Translations under genes and position numbers: made by a program
In this document: in pieces, positions 1 through 12,700 of the stretch
Numbering within the stretch: the first letter of the stretch is position 1
How the letters are laid out: every line of letters starts with the position of its first letter
The notes under the pieces: generated by a model
The model's database searches: none
What the model was told of the DNA's origin: nothing
What the model saw: only the letters and a program-made list of their open reading frames with translations
From: Flaccisagitta enflata
Taxonomy: Eukaryota
Direction: 5' to 3'
Length of the DNA: 64,000 nt
Assembly: GCA_965153355.1 (NCBI GenBank)
Contig: OZ231126.1
Coordinates: 20,832,001-20,896,000, forward strand

Positions 1-294
<294 letters not shown>

Positions 295-311
295 AATGCC
301 CTGCGCTGTTA

Positions 312-487
312 CAGTTGAACCCCACACTAACGGACCCGCCAGCAACGGAATTACGCCTATGACAGATGCAAGGTCATGGTCCTTTCAACTTATTTTCTTT
401 AACTTTTCTTTGTTGGCAATAACAGAATTCTGCCAGCAACAAAAAAAATTTGTTTGTCCCTTGAAATCCGTTAGAGCGGGTTATCTG
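312..487. mobile_element. Tc1/mariner (pogo-like) MITE
   Basis: TA|CAGTTGAACCCCACACTAACGGA ... TCCGTTAGAGCGGGTTATCTG|TA; related copy at 62090-62250. Confidence 0.65.
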
Positions 488-1011
488 TAATTTCCTCTCG
501 AAACAAGTAACGGGGGGGGGGGGGGGGTTGCAATTTACCATTTTAAATGGGTGGGTCAACCAAAACCCCCTCGATCAAACATATATGCACCCGAACTCCC
601 GAAGCGTACTCACACTTTTTGACTCAAACATTACAGAGGGATGGACAATGCCTCTCATAACGTTGCCCGCTCGAAATTGAAAATACAGATTCATTCAAAA
701 ACAAGCGAACATGCCATGAGACAAATCAAGTTTTTAGATTTTTAGCGACTGAGAAAACTGAACGAGAGTTCTTCAACCACTTAAAAATAAAAACAGCCTG
801 TTAAAAGTAACAGTCTCGAGCTGCGGGAGGGCTTAATGGCCGCAAATAGAGCAATAACCTTAAGAAGACCCTTTCATTAAAACGTTATTTGGATATTTTA
901 CGGTCTACCAATGAAATTATATGATTCCTCCCATGAAAAAGATCGTTTTATTAATACCTAATGTTTCTTCTTTTTCTCCCTTTCTTTTCTTTCTTTTCGG
1001 TTCCGATGCAG

Positions 1012-1118
1012 CGGCGGCAGCGGCGGCGGCGGTGGCAGCGGCAGCATCGGCAAACACTCAGCCTAAGATCCCCGGGCAGCGGAAGAAAAGAGTCCCTTAC
1101 TCGAGATTTCAAATCAAA
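1012..1118 (+). CDS. Posterior (Abd-B class) Hox gene, internal exon: poly-Ala linker plus homeodomain residues 1-14 (QRKKRVPYSRFQIK)
   Basis: Pyrimidine tract and ...GATGCAG acceptor at 1010-1011 (exact acceptor is the least certain boundary). Encodes AAAAAAVAAAASANTQPKIPGQRKKRVPYSRFQIK. Donor AAA|GTAAGT at 1119. RKKR-x-PY is the posterior Hox N-terminal arm signature. Upstream exon(s) not identified in the window. Confidence 0.9.
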
Positions 1119-1813
1119 GTAAGTTTGCGGCCAAGCAAATTTGTGCGGAGGGCGGCGATGGTGGGGGGGAGGGGGGGAAAGGGAGGTGCTAGGCACAGTG
1201 GCGCAAGACTGGGGAAGAATCAAATAAGACAACGCTGAGACGATTGGCTAAAGAAGGGAACATCTGATGGGGAAGCCTGGACTAAAGGACTATGGTACGA
1301 TGGTGCAAGCCACAGGATGAACTGAACTTAGGTCTAGGCTCTATGAAGTCTGAGGAAGTCGATATTCCAAAGTCACGAACAGTCGCGTGCGGAATCCCGG
1401 AAAGTCAATAAGAAATGAGAAAAACTATTCCTTCATATACTCGGACCTGAAGACTTTTTTGATGTCTGCCGAAGAAAATAAAATATGTTGGATTCAGATA
1501 ATGAAAAACGAAACAAGTGGACCTCGTTTGAGCGCACCAGCTAATATGGCAGAATCGCTGACGCAATAAGCTATTTCAAAACTTAGTTCTGTTCTGATTT
1601 CTGATTTCTGCGTAAAAGTTTTTAAAAGAACCTTTGAAATAGGACCATGGGCGAAATTATAATAGCCTTAAAGCTCCATAGTCATATGTTGAATCAGAGT
1701 GGTGCAAAAACAAGAGGGAGTCGAAAAAAGGGGGGCGTACATGGAGGGTATTATTTCTGTTGGACTATCTAAATATTTTCCCTTCCCCTATTTTCTTCTT
1801 CGTCGTTTTGCAG

Positions 1814-1903
1814 GAACTTGAACGAGAATATTTGCGCAACACTTACATCACGCGGAAGAGGCGCTTGGAACTCGCCTACTTCCTCAGCCTCACAGAGCGA
1901 CAG
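1814..1903 (+). CDS. Posterior Hox gene, homeodomain residues 15-44 (ELEREYLRNTYITRKRRLELAYFLSLTERQ)
   Basis: TTTTGCAG acceptor, exactly 90 nt in phase 0, CAG|GTGAGC donor; helices 1-2 of a homeodomain. Confidence 0.95.
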
Positions 1904-2793
1904 GTGAGCGAGTTGCAACTCTCCAAGCTCTCAAACCTCAAGACAAACAACTTGTCTTATTCAAACAGACGCTCGGTGTGCAATTGTTCTGATGAATGGT
2001 TGAGAAAAAAAAAACACGAATGCGTTTTGTAGAAGTAGGCAGGTTATTTCTTGTTTTAATGATATCAGACATATCAGAAACGATACGTAGCTACTACTTT
2101 ACTTCTTATCAAACCAAAGAGAATTGATGCCGAATTGAGCTAAAGAAATAAAGAAAGATTTGAAAAGATACAAAGCGGGTGGCCAGAGTAAGAATAGTAT
2201 TAGGGCAGGAGCAGTAAGGCCAAAATCAAAAGAATAAAATGTGACCAAGCGACCGACCGATTGAAGGACGGAAAAAGCGTGGTGAAGAGTCGCGTAGCAC
2301 GCGACTAATAAATTGTGTGTGGTCGGTGGCAGATGCTGATGACAGGGGCGACCAAATCAGGGGACAGGTGAAAAGATTTTGATGATTTTTAGTTGCGGAT
2401 ACGCAACTCTGTAAGAGGCTTTGTCCGTCTATTGGTTCGTTGGTCCGTTGGTCCGTCCATCACGCTCGAGTTGAAAACGCGAAACGCATTTACGATGCTG
2501 CAGTTGTCATGTGTGTGTGTGTGGGTGTTAGTGTGTGGGAAGGGGGTTGGGGTGAGGCTGCGGGTTGGCTGCCCCTGCCCACCCGTCCGCAACGATATTG
2601 TGATTCCGCGTCACTTGTTTTTTCTCGTGGGTGATATTCTTGCATAAACATTAAAGAGGGCGCTGAAAGGCGGAAACAAATGAGTAATTGATCAAAAAGA
2701 CAGGTGAAGTTGACAGCAACAACATTAACAATAATGGAGGTTTAGATGAAGAGGGTTTACAAGAGGAGAAGGAAAAAGATTTATCGAGGGATG

Positions 2794-2870
<77 letters not shown>

Positions 2871-3170
2871 CCGATGAATGGTAATCGTTTATCGCCTACT
2901 TTGGCATTAATGGACAAAAAGTTGACTTTACTAAGTGGTGATAGGAAGAAAAATATGCCCGCAGGTGTATGACTGATGTGTGGTTTAGTGCGGGATTTAA
3001 GTGTGTGTCTTGGGGTAAGTGCTTGGGGGAGTATGGCTGTATGTGATTGTTGAGATTCATTTCCTTTGAGTGTCAGCGTATTTGAGCATAGCTATAGCTG
3101 CTCTGATAGATAAGTTTTCAACTAAAAAACTTCCCAGCTCATCATACCTTTTCCCTTTCCGTTGTTTCAG

Positions 3171-3260
3171 GTGAAAATATGGTTTCAAAATCGCCGAATG
3201 AAATCGAAACGACTTTTGGAGCGACAAAAGAAGGCGGCCGAATGGGGTGCCCCCGAATGA
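3171..3260 (+). CDS. Posterior Hox gene, last coding exon: helix 3 and C-terminus (VKIWFQNRRMKSKRLLERQKKAAEWGAPE*)
   Basis: TTGTTTCAG acceptor; WFQNRRMK recognition helix in frame with the previous exon; TGA at 3258-3260. Missed by the ORF track. Confidence 0.95.
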   Translation: MKIWFQNRRMKSKRLLERQKKAAEWGAPE

Positions 3261-3452
3261 CTACTGTGAAGGGAGGAGGATATCGTCAAACAAAAACAAA
3301 AGACAAAAAAGAAAAACAAGGCGGACGGACAAATCGTTGTGAACGGACCTGTTCACCAGACGGAGGGACGGACAGGTCACAAGATGGCGGCAAAACGGTC
3401 AGCCAAATGCGTGCCATATATGAACAGAAACTTGTGACTGAAACAATCTACT

Positions 3453-3458
3453 AATAAA
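3453..3458 (+). promoter_or_regulatory. Candidate polyadenylation signal for the Hox gene
   Basis: First AATAAA about 190 nt after the stop codon; the true 3' end could lie further downstream. Confidence 0.3.
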
Positions 3459-4125
3459 CGTCGACTCGCTCGTTTGATGTCGCCAGTCACCACCCCGTCC
3501 ATTGATTGTCCTTCGTCCTTCGCAAACAAAAAGTCTTCCTCCCTTCTTCTCTCGATCAAGAGGAAGAGAATTACTTGAAAAAAAAACGTTAACAAGAAAG
3601 AGAGAGAAAATACAAGTCAAGAATATCTCCGCTAAAGCTGTGCAAAAAACTTCACTTACCAAATACTTCTCTTCGAATGGGACCTTGTGGGGTTTGAAAA
3701 CAGTCGCAATTTCCCCCCCCCCCCTCTCTCCAGCCCCCTAGTGCCCCTAGCCCTTCCCATCCCCTTCACTCCATTAATCCCTTCATCCCATCGTCTTAAT
3801 CTATTTCTCAAAAAAGTTGTTGGTTTTTTTTTTGGTAACAAGGTGAACCCGTTCCCCCACCTCGCAGCCGCCGACTTAAGTTAAGAGTCAAAAAACAAAA
3901 TGCAACATTAAAAATTGAAAATTGAAAATGCAAGAAGTAAAAAACGATTGTGAAACGGTGTCGTCCTTTGTCTTCATCTTCTTACCTTTTTGTCATTAAT
4001 ATTACATTTCTTTTTTTTTCTTTTCAAAAACAAATCTTTGGCCATCATTTATGTAATAACAATAATCATCACAGTCAAGTTGTTCTTTTCCTCTCCATTG
4101 CGCCATTTATCTTTTTAAACAATTG

Positions 4126-4211
<86 letters not shown>

Positions 4212-4690
4212 TCCATCTATGATTGACATCACCACATGATTTGACATATGCGACGTATGATAGGTGTAACATTATAGACTGAAGTATCTTGACAGACGGA
4301 AGCCGAGGGCTGGGTTATGATAATATTTGAAGCCAATCTAGTTAAATCCGTGTATGTCTGTAAAACTGACAATATACGATAGAAAATGACGCTATTTAAA
4401 TCTCCATAAAATCATTAAGTAACGGGACTAAATTGCTGTTCCCTAAAAAGATATCTTTTTCCCGACGTCCAACTTACTATATGATAAATGTGCCACACTT
4501 TATGCCATAACCAAAGAGGACTTGACATATTCATGATAAAGTTAACAATGACAGAAAACCGAAAAACGATGTTTAAGGATCGATTTGAGAGCTCTATTTG
4601 AAATTGATTACTATTTATACTCGCCAATATTTTTTTCCTCATTGTCATTGACGTCGTCGCTTTCATCGTCAACTTCATCATCAACTTTAC

Positions 4691-4691
<1 letters not shown>

Positions 4692-4738
<47 letters not shown>

Positions 4739-4751
4739 TATCATTATCATT

Positions 4752-4798
<47 letters not shown>

Positions 4799-4903
4799 GG
4801 TAATCATCATCATCATCATCATTGTCATTTGTTTCGGCATCGTTGCTGTTATCGTCATTGTCATCGTTTCATCATCATCATTGTTATCATCATCATCATT
4901 CTT

Positions 4904-4999
<96 letters not shown>

Positions 5000-5282
5000 G
5001 TCATGATCATCATGGTGATTGAACATTGACGCTCGAAAACTTCTCTACAATACTTTTTTTCTTTTCTTCATTACTATGATTTTATTGCTTATTGGGGATT
5101 GTACCATGTACAATTCGAAACTGCATTAATCATTTTCGTGGTTATTCTCAATTACAAATACTGTTGTGCAAAAAAATGCGTCTTGATTTTCGATCAAAGT
5201 AGGGTTTGTATTATAGTCACGTCGCGCAAAATTGCAAAATACCTCTCTTTGGGCAGCGGGCAAACGTCGTCGTCGTCGTCGG

Positions 5283-5376
<94 letters not shown>

Positions 5377-5377
5377 G
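4692..5377. repeat. (CAT)n at 4692-5015 and (GTT)n at 5283-5377
   Basis: Direct reading; explains the poly-D/M/H/I/S/V/L/C ORFs. Confidence 0.98.
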
Positions 5378-5518
5378 CTGTTTTTCAAGGAATCATCGTT
5401 TGGGCTGCTCCGCGGCGTCTTTTTGTCTCAGACTCCTGAAATGTTGTCCCAGATTCCTGAAATGTTGTCCTATGGTCACTCTCCAAACTAGCTGCCTATA
5501 GTTACTGGTATTCACCAG

Positions 5519-5774
5519 AACAAGGCCGGATACGCGGCCACCCCAGTCGCGTGCGGGTGGGCAGGGGCCATAATTGAGGTCAGTGGAGCATTTGGGCAGG
5601 AGCAGTAAGGCCAAAAACCCCATTAACGCCAAAAAAGTAAAGTGTGACGGACGGACCGACGGACCGACGGACAGACGGACAGACGGACAGACGGACAGAC
5701 GGACCGACGGACCGACGGACCGACGGACGGACCGACAAAGCGGGGTGTAGAGTCGCGTAGCACGCGACTAAAAA
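5519..5774 (+). mobile_element. Helentron/DINE-1-like non-autonomous element, family A (representative copy)
   Basis: AACAAGGCCGGATAC..AGTCGCGTGC head, (GACG/GACA/GACC)n microsatellite, terminal hairpin AGTCGCGTAGCACGCGACT, A-run end. Related copies at ~2170-2308, 2386-2620, 7278-7489, 13605-13739, 23118-23257, 40608-40829, 40837-41042, 58352-58545, 58690-58865, 59293-59459 and 63083-63300. Confidence 0.75.
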
Positions 5775-6469
5775 CTTTTCCTTGAGCCCTATTGCAAGAC
5801 TTCGCTATTGTTTGGATTTCAAAAACCAGGTTTGTCTCATCTAGTTTTTGGTTTCTTGGTGTTGCCCAATTTTCATAAAAGAGAAGTTATTTTCCAAAGG
5901 TCTTTTTTAAAAAAGATGATTTACTTATTTTATTTTCCTAAGGTCTTTATTTAAAGTGTTTTTTTTCTTTTTTTTCTTTTCTTTAGGTCTTTTTTAAGTA
6001 ATACCCGATAGTGAGCGTGTTGGTGTTAATGTCAGATCGTTGTCACTGTCATCGACTTATCATCGTTGTCACAGTCGTCGGTGTATTGGAAGTTTGTCAA
6101 ACGTGGTCGCTAGTGATCGACAATTGCAGCAGCAGCGTTGAACTTTGACGGAATTCCTCTCGTCATCAAAAACGCGAAATTAGAGCACGGCAATACGGGC
6201 TCGCAGTGCCTCAGACTCATCCAGTCACGACATCAAGGACTCGTTACGCCACAAAACGGAACCACGTTTAGACAGCGCCATCTCAGATTGGTGTCGTCTT
6301 TTTCCAAATCATGACATTCAAACCGCCACTTACGCTGTGGAAGTCACTGGCGTACCCTGATGGCATCAAGACATTCATCAGCGATATAATCATGTGCTCT
6401 ATAAGTCTTTTTATCAATAATCACGGTCAAGAAGACGAGAAGAAAAAGCTGTTTTGTGTGGCCTCTTGG

Positions 6470-6868
6470 TTTTTAGTCGCGTGCACGCGACTCTACACCC
6501 TGCTCTGTCGGTCGGTCCGTCCGTCCCTCCGTCCATCCGTCCGTCTGTAACATTTTTAAAATTTTGATTGTTTTTTAACGTTTTTTAACGTTTTTTTAAC
6601 ATATTTTAACATTTTTTAACATTTCTTTAACATTTTTTTAACATTCTTTAACATTCTTTAACATTTTACCTTTTTTAACCTTTTTTAACATTTTTAAGTT
6701 TTTTTAACATTTCTTTACTTTTTTAAACTTTTTTTAACATTTTTTAACATATTTTAATATTCTTTAACAGTTTTTAACATTTTTTAGCATTCCTAACATT
6801 TTAACATGTTTTTGCTGTTTTGTTTGTCATTTCCAGACGCACGCGACTGTTGCCCTCTTGGGCTTGTT
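6470..6868 (-). mobile_element. HINE family A copy with central ~11-bp tandem array (TTTTTTAACAT)n
   Basis: TTTTTAGTCGCGTGCACGCGACT start, GTCC microsatellite, array at 6545-6810, GCACGCGACT...CTTGTT end. Confidence 0.7.
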
Positions 6869-9769
6869 GATTTGCCTATTTTGATGTTCCATTGATCTTT
6901 TGTCAATGTTTTCGTCATGCGTTTATCAATAGAAGTTTGTTTATGTCAAATGTCAATGTCGGTAGTTTGATTTCAATTTCAGATAGATTCTGCCGTTGTT
7001 GTTGTTGTTGTTGTTGTTGTTGTTGCCACTTGGTAGGAGTGGAAGTTTTCCATACTTTTGTACAGTAAGGGGCGTTCTGCCTGCCAACGCAGTTCAGGGC
7101 TGCAGAAAATTTTTAGCTTCCTACAAGCAAAATTTTTCTAGCCGTACCTTCCTACTGAAAATATGTGTGATTCTTGGGATGATATATAACCCTTAGTACA
7201 CAAATTAAAGAATCAAAGCCTGATACACAGCAACCCAGTCACAGTTAGATTTTTTATGTTTAACTGAAAATGATAAAAACAAGGCCGGATACACGGCCAC
7301 CCCAGTTGCGTGCGGGTGGGTAGGGGCTGTGATTGAGGTCACCAGATCATTTGGGCAGGAGCAGTGAAGCCAAAAATCCCAAAAACCCAAAAAAAGTAAA
7401 ATGTGACGGACGGACCGACGGACGGACCAATGGACGGACGGACGGACCAACTAAGCGGGGTGTAGAGTTGCGTAGCACGCAACTAAAAAGACTCTTTCAT
7501 GCAAGGGAATTAGATAGCTCTTTTTTTTCCCTAAAATGGTTATCCACGCATGTTTTTTCATCTTTTATCTCCATCTCATTCTCTCCCCAATATCGTCCCT
7601 TCCTTCTTTTCTTACATTTTTTCCCTTTTTCTTTTTTTTTTCTCTTTTCCTTTTCCTTTTTTTTTTCTTTTTTTGTTTTTTTTTGTTTTTGGTTTTTCTT
7701 TTCCTCTTTTTTTCCTTTCCCTCTTCTTTTCCTCCCCTTTCCTTCCTACTGGCCATCCTTGCTTCCTACGAGCGCCGCTCGCATGCTCAGCTACTTTTTG
7801 CTGCCCTGACGCAGTTACGCAGATCCACCATTTGAGGCGCCCCTGTTCGGATCCATTGTTACCCTCCCTTCCTCCCTTCCAACCCTCCCCTCTAGCTAGC
7901 TGTTTTTACTGGATTCACCAGGCAACCCCTCCAAGAGCCCGATTTCATGGTTGAGAATTCCAACCTCCGTTGAAAAGACTCGCCCAATGCAGTCGTCGTT
8001 GTCGTCGTCGTTGTCGTCGTCGTTGTCGTCGTCGTCATCGTCGTCATCAGCCGTCTGTGTGTTGGTGGTTTGGTTTCACTGTCAGATGGTGTGTGTCATC
8101 ATCGTCATCATCGTCGTCGTCATCGTCGTCGTCATCAGTCGTCTGTGTGTTGGTGGTTTGGTCTCAATGTCAGATGGTGTGTGTGGTCTCATTTGAGTGA
8201 TTGAGGCCTCGTCTCTTCTCTCCGGCGACACTTTTAAATTTCTACCTGATCGTAAAATTCGAGTTTGAAACGGAAAATTCCCGGCTCCCAGGACAGACAG
8301 AGAATTGAGAGTCAGATAGAAATCGGAATGTAAGAGATGAATCTTGAAAACAGTTTGAAATAACTATGGCAAAAAAAAAAGCGAACAGTTACTTCTTTTG
8401 CTTATAAATCCTTTGAAAATTCACCCAGTGTGCTGAAATTTTTACTGGAGTTACTTTTTGGTAACGGGTCCCTATGAAAAACGTTTCCTCTTCAATGATT
8501 GAAATTGTTTGCTATGAAGCAGACATAGCCATCAAAATGGTACCAATAGATAGAGCTCGACTTGCCCAACATTTTGATGTAAGATTTTTGACTTTTTTAT
8601 TGTTGACATCCCAGTAAATCAAAATAAACAACCCTCCCTATGTAAATTTTCAGCAAAAATCGGGACAAAAGAGCCATATACCTGTTAAGTGCTGCCTCTG
8701 TGATATTGGGGTAAACTATTTTATGAAGTACTGCTATGTAAAAACAAAAGGCTTCCTACTTGTAGGAGATGGGAAGCAGCTGGAAAGGAGTTCATTGATG
8801 AGGAGGAAGATGTTTTGGAAATTCAAATCTCAGAGACCAAACTTGTAACAGTCTAGTCTCAGACTAGTCTCAGTCTTTGGTTCAATGCCAGAGGAAGGAA
8901 AGCCAAGCAATGCCAAGTCAAGCCAGTCCAGATGAAGCTAAGCTAGACCCCAAAAGCCACACAGACTTACTTATGCCAAGCCAAGCCAAGCCAAGCCAAG
9001 CCAAGCCAAGCCAAGCCAAGACAAGCCAAGCTTAACCAGAGCAAATCTAGCAACTTAATTTTTCTGATGCATAGCCAAGCCCTTCCAAGACACACAAGTT
9101 CTCTTTATTTTCAAATTCTCAATTTTTTTATTGGAAAAATCATTCATCAGTTTTTTTTATTTTAGAAGTTTATCATTCTCTTCTAACTTTGAATACTCTT
9201 TGATTTGGACTGTAAATTTTCACCCTTTTGATGGAAACAACCAGTATAAGGAGTGAAATTGGAAAAATCATATTGTTTGAATTTAAGACCCTGGGCAAGC
9301 AACACAAATTTCATCATTTGCTGAAAATTACCTCAACTCAAAGACAAGTATATGCTGTCGTTTCATCTTGCCATAAATAGGTATAGAATAATATTTTCTA
9401 AAAATTTTTCCTCTTAAAAAAAGATAAATATTTCAAGGACTTTCATTACAGTGAGCTAATCAACTGACAACAATATGCAAATTAGATGTGTAAGTGAAAT
9501 AGAGACAGCTAAAAAACTTACAACTCAAAAGTCTGGGATTTGATTAATACAAGGCCGGAAACATTGGTTTGAAATTTTAGTTCTTTTCCGCCTTCCTGCC
9601 CACCCAGCATTGACTGGAGGAGAATATATGGAATGATCTGATGATCACTCTGAGTATTGTTGCCCTCCGATCATGTGACAAAGTCATTTTGTAAGGGTAA
9701 ATGTACTTATGTTGAGATTTAAAACCAATACTCATTTTTAAGACATTAAGAAGCCAAATCAATACCCAC

Positions 9770-12700
9770 AAAATAGTGGTTAAGTTATAGAGTGGTTCTA
9801 AGGCGTTGCTGTTACCAAAAGATGGACTTCACTGTTGAACTTATGGACCAAAGATATACGAGAGACCCATGCAACTGAAAAAAACACATTCAGGACATTT
9901 TCGTAGGTCACTGTAAAGCTGCAATATGCAAATGAGATTGACAGTGACCCTTCTAAATCTTTCATACTGTTTGAGCTTCATAATATGTTGAAAAATGGAG
10001 TGAAAGCCCAATGGATAGTCCTCTCTCACGTTTTATTAAATGCCAGCCAAATTTCTTGTGAATCAATGGGAGTCAAGGGCATCAACTCGTTAATAAAAGT
10101 TTTTGATTGGAAGAACATCATTAACATGACATATTCTTTTAAATACCATAATTATTGAAGGCTAGCAGAATCATGAGATAACAGTAAATGAACTTGACTG
10201 TTAGACTTATGGACCAATGATCTACAAACGACTAATTCACTACACCTGAAAAAAAAGACATTCAGGAAATTTGTTTTGGTCACTATAGAGCGGCAAAATG
10301 CAAATGAGATTGACAGTGTCCCTTCTCAGTCTTTCATACTGTTAAAGCTGTGTGATAGGTTGAAAAAAAGGGTGGAAGACAAAAGCATGGTCCTCCATCT
10401 CTTATTGCGCACTGATAACTGGCAAGATTGCTAGTGAGTCAAAAGGTGTAGAAGGCGCAGATTGGTTTCTACAGTTGTCTAACAGGAGGAAGTACCTCCA
10501 AGGAACAAAGTTTATCAATCAGTGAGTGCTACAATTTCTCAATGTTGGCAACAGTGATTGTCATTTTTTTGGCCTTTATAAGACTGTTAGGAGCAAAATG
10601 AATTCAAATAAGACTGGTCCAATCACGAAATGATTCTTTAGTCATTGCAGATAAACTGACATGGACTTGACTGTTAGACTAATCGACCAATGATGTACTA
10701 GAGACCTGAAAACCTGAACCTGAAAAAAAGACTTTCGGGAAGTTTTTCTAAGGTCACAGTAAAGCTGCAATATGCAAATGAGATTGGCAATGTCCCTTCT
10801 CAGTCATTCGTACTGCTTTAGCTGCATAAGAGGTAGAAAAAAATGGTAGAAGACACATGGATGGTTTTCTGTCCATTGGTACTCCTTTGAAACCAGCCAA
10901 GTTGATCAAGAGTCAATGGTTACTAGTTTGTAACGGCGTCAGAACGGAAATTTAATAAAAACAGAACATCTGAATATGATATCAAAATTTGTCGAGGAGA
11001 GCAATGAAAAGCTTTTCTTAGATTGTAAGGAGCAATATGGATTCCAATATGATAGTTGGCAAATTATGGTATGGCTCCAAGGCATTGCAGTTATAAACAG
11101 ATGGACATGACTATTAGACTCATGGACAATGATCTATAAAAGAACAATCATTGCATCTCAAAAAAATCTCATTCAGGCAGTTTTTAAGGTCACAATAGAG
11201 CTGCAACATGCAAATTAAATTGAGTGTCTGTTTTAGCTGCATTATAGGTATGAATAGTCGCAAAAGGGTTTGATGGTCAGCAGTACTTGTGCCCTGCCCA
11301 AGTAGGTTGTGATTGAAGTTGAGGGCGGGAGCAGGGCAGCGGCCCCAAAGGGCTTGATGACCTGTGCTTTCACTCATGTGGGGAATTTTCTCCTTCTCTT
11401 TCAAGACTTTGGGATTTGGGTCTTTGGACTGAGATTTGGGTGGCAAGGCTGGATTTCGGCCTTCAAGGCTGAATTTGGGCCTTCAAGGCTGGAATTTGGT
11501 CCTCAAGGCTGGGATTTGGGCCCTGAGGATAGGACCTGGGCCTCAATATTGGGATTCTGACATTGAGAAACAAAAAATCTTGGCTTCTGTGTAAAGACAC
11601 GGAGGATCAACCCCCTTAGAGCAATTGTCCAAAAAAGGGGTAGATAGGTGCATTGGGAGCCGACCAACCTGTAAGAAAAGACCATGGTTGAACATAAATC
11701 TCAATAGAGGGTTGAATATTTAATGACTTTTATGATTTTCAAAGAATCAAATAGTTTTTTAATAGTTTGTTAGACTGTAAAGAGCAAAATGAATTCCGAT
11801 ATGACATTGATCAAATCCTGGAATGGCTCTAGGGCATTGCAAATATCAATAAATGGACTTGATTGCTAGACTGATGGATTAATGATCTATTAAGGCCGAC
11901 CTATGCACCTGAAATAAATGACATTCAGGAAGTTTTACTAAGGTCACTAAAGAGCTGCAATATGCAAATAAGATTGAGTTTCCCTTCTTAGTCTTTTGTA
12001 CTGTTTTGGCCACATAATCATTGAAACAGGTCGCCCAAGGGCAATATGTGGTCAGCAATACCCGTTGCCCTGCTTTGAATGATTGTGAAATGGATTGCGG
12101 GGAAGCAGGGCAGCGGCCCCGAAGGGGACGAAGTCCTGTAGAACACAGGGGGACTTTCGTTCGTCCTACCTGAAGAAGTTGATGAGATGCTATAGAGAGC
12201 TGACTGAAGGTATTCAAGAGCCTAAACTGAGGTTTAAGAAGGCTGATTTAAGGCTTGAGAATGCCGATTGGAAGCTTTAGAGAGCTGACTTGAAGCTTGA
12301 GAGAGCTGGATTAAGGCTTGAAAGGCCAGAGGACTGATTTGAAGCCTGAGAGCAATAAATTGAGGTTTAGATGGCTGATTTGAGGCCTGAGAGGCCTAAT
12401 TTGAGGTATAAGAGGCCAGGTTTGAGGCCTGAGAATTTGGATTTGAGGCCTGAGAGGCCAGATTTGAGGCCTGAGAGGCCAGATTTGAGGCCTGAGAGGC
12501 CAAATTTAAGGCCTGAGAGGCCAGTTTTGAGGCCTGAGAGGCCAAATTTGAGGCCCGAAAGGCCAGATTTTAGGCCTGAGAGGCTGGATTTGAGGTCTGA
12601 GGGGTCTGATGAGGGGGGGGACTAACGAACGGACGAACGGACAAACGGACAAACGGACGGACGAACGAAAGTCCCCCTGTGTTCTACAGGACTTCGTCCC

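Noticed and set aside
4415-5501. Poly-D/H/M/C/V ORFs
   Set aside because: Trinucleotide microsatellites.
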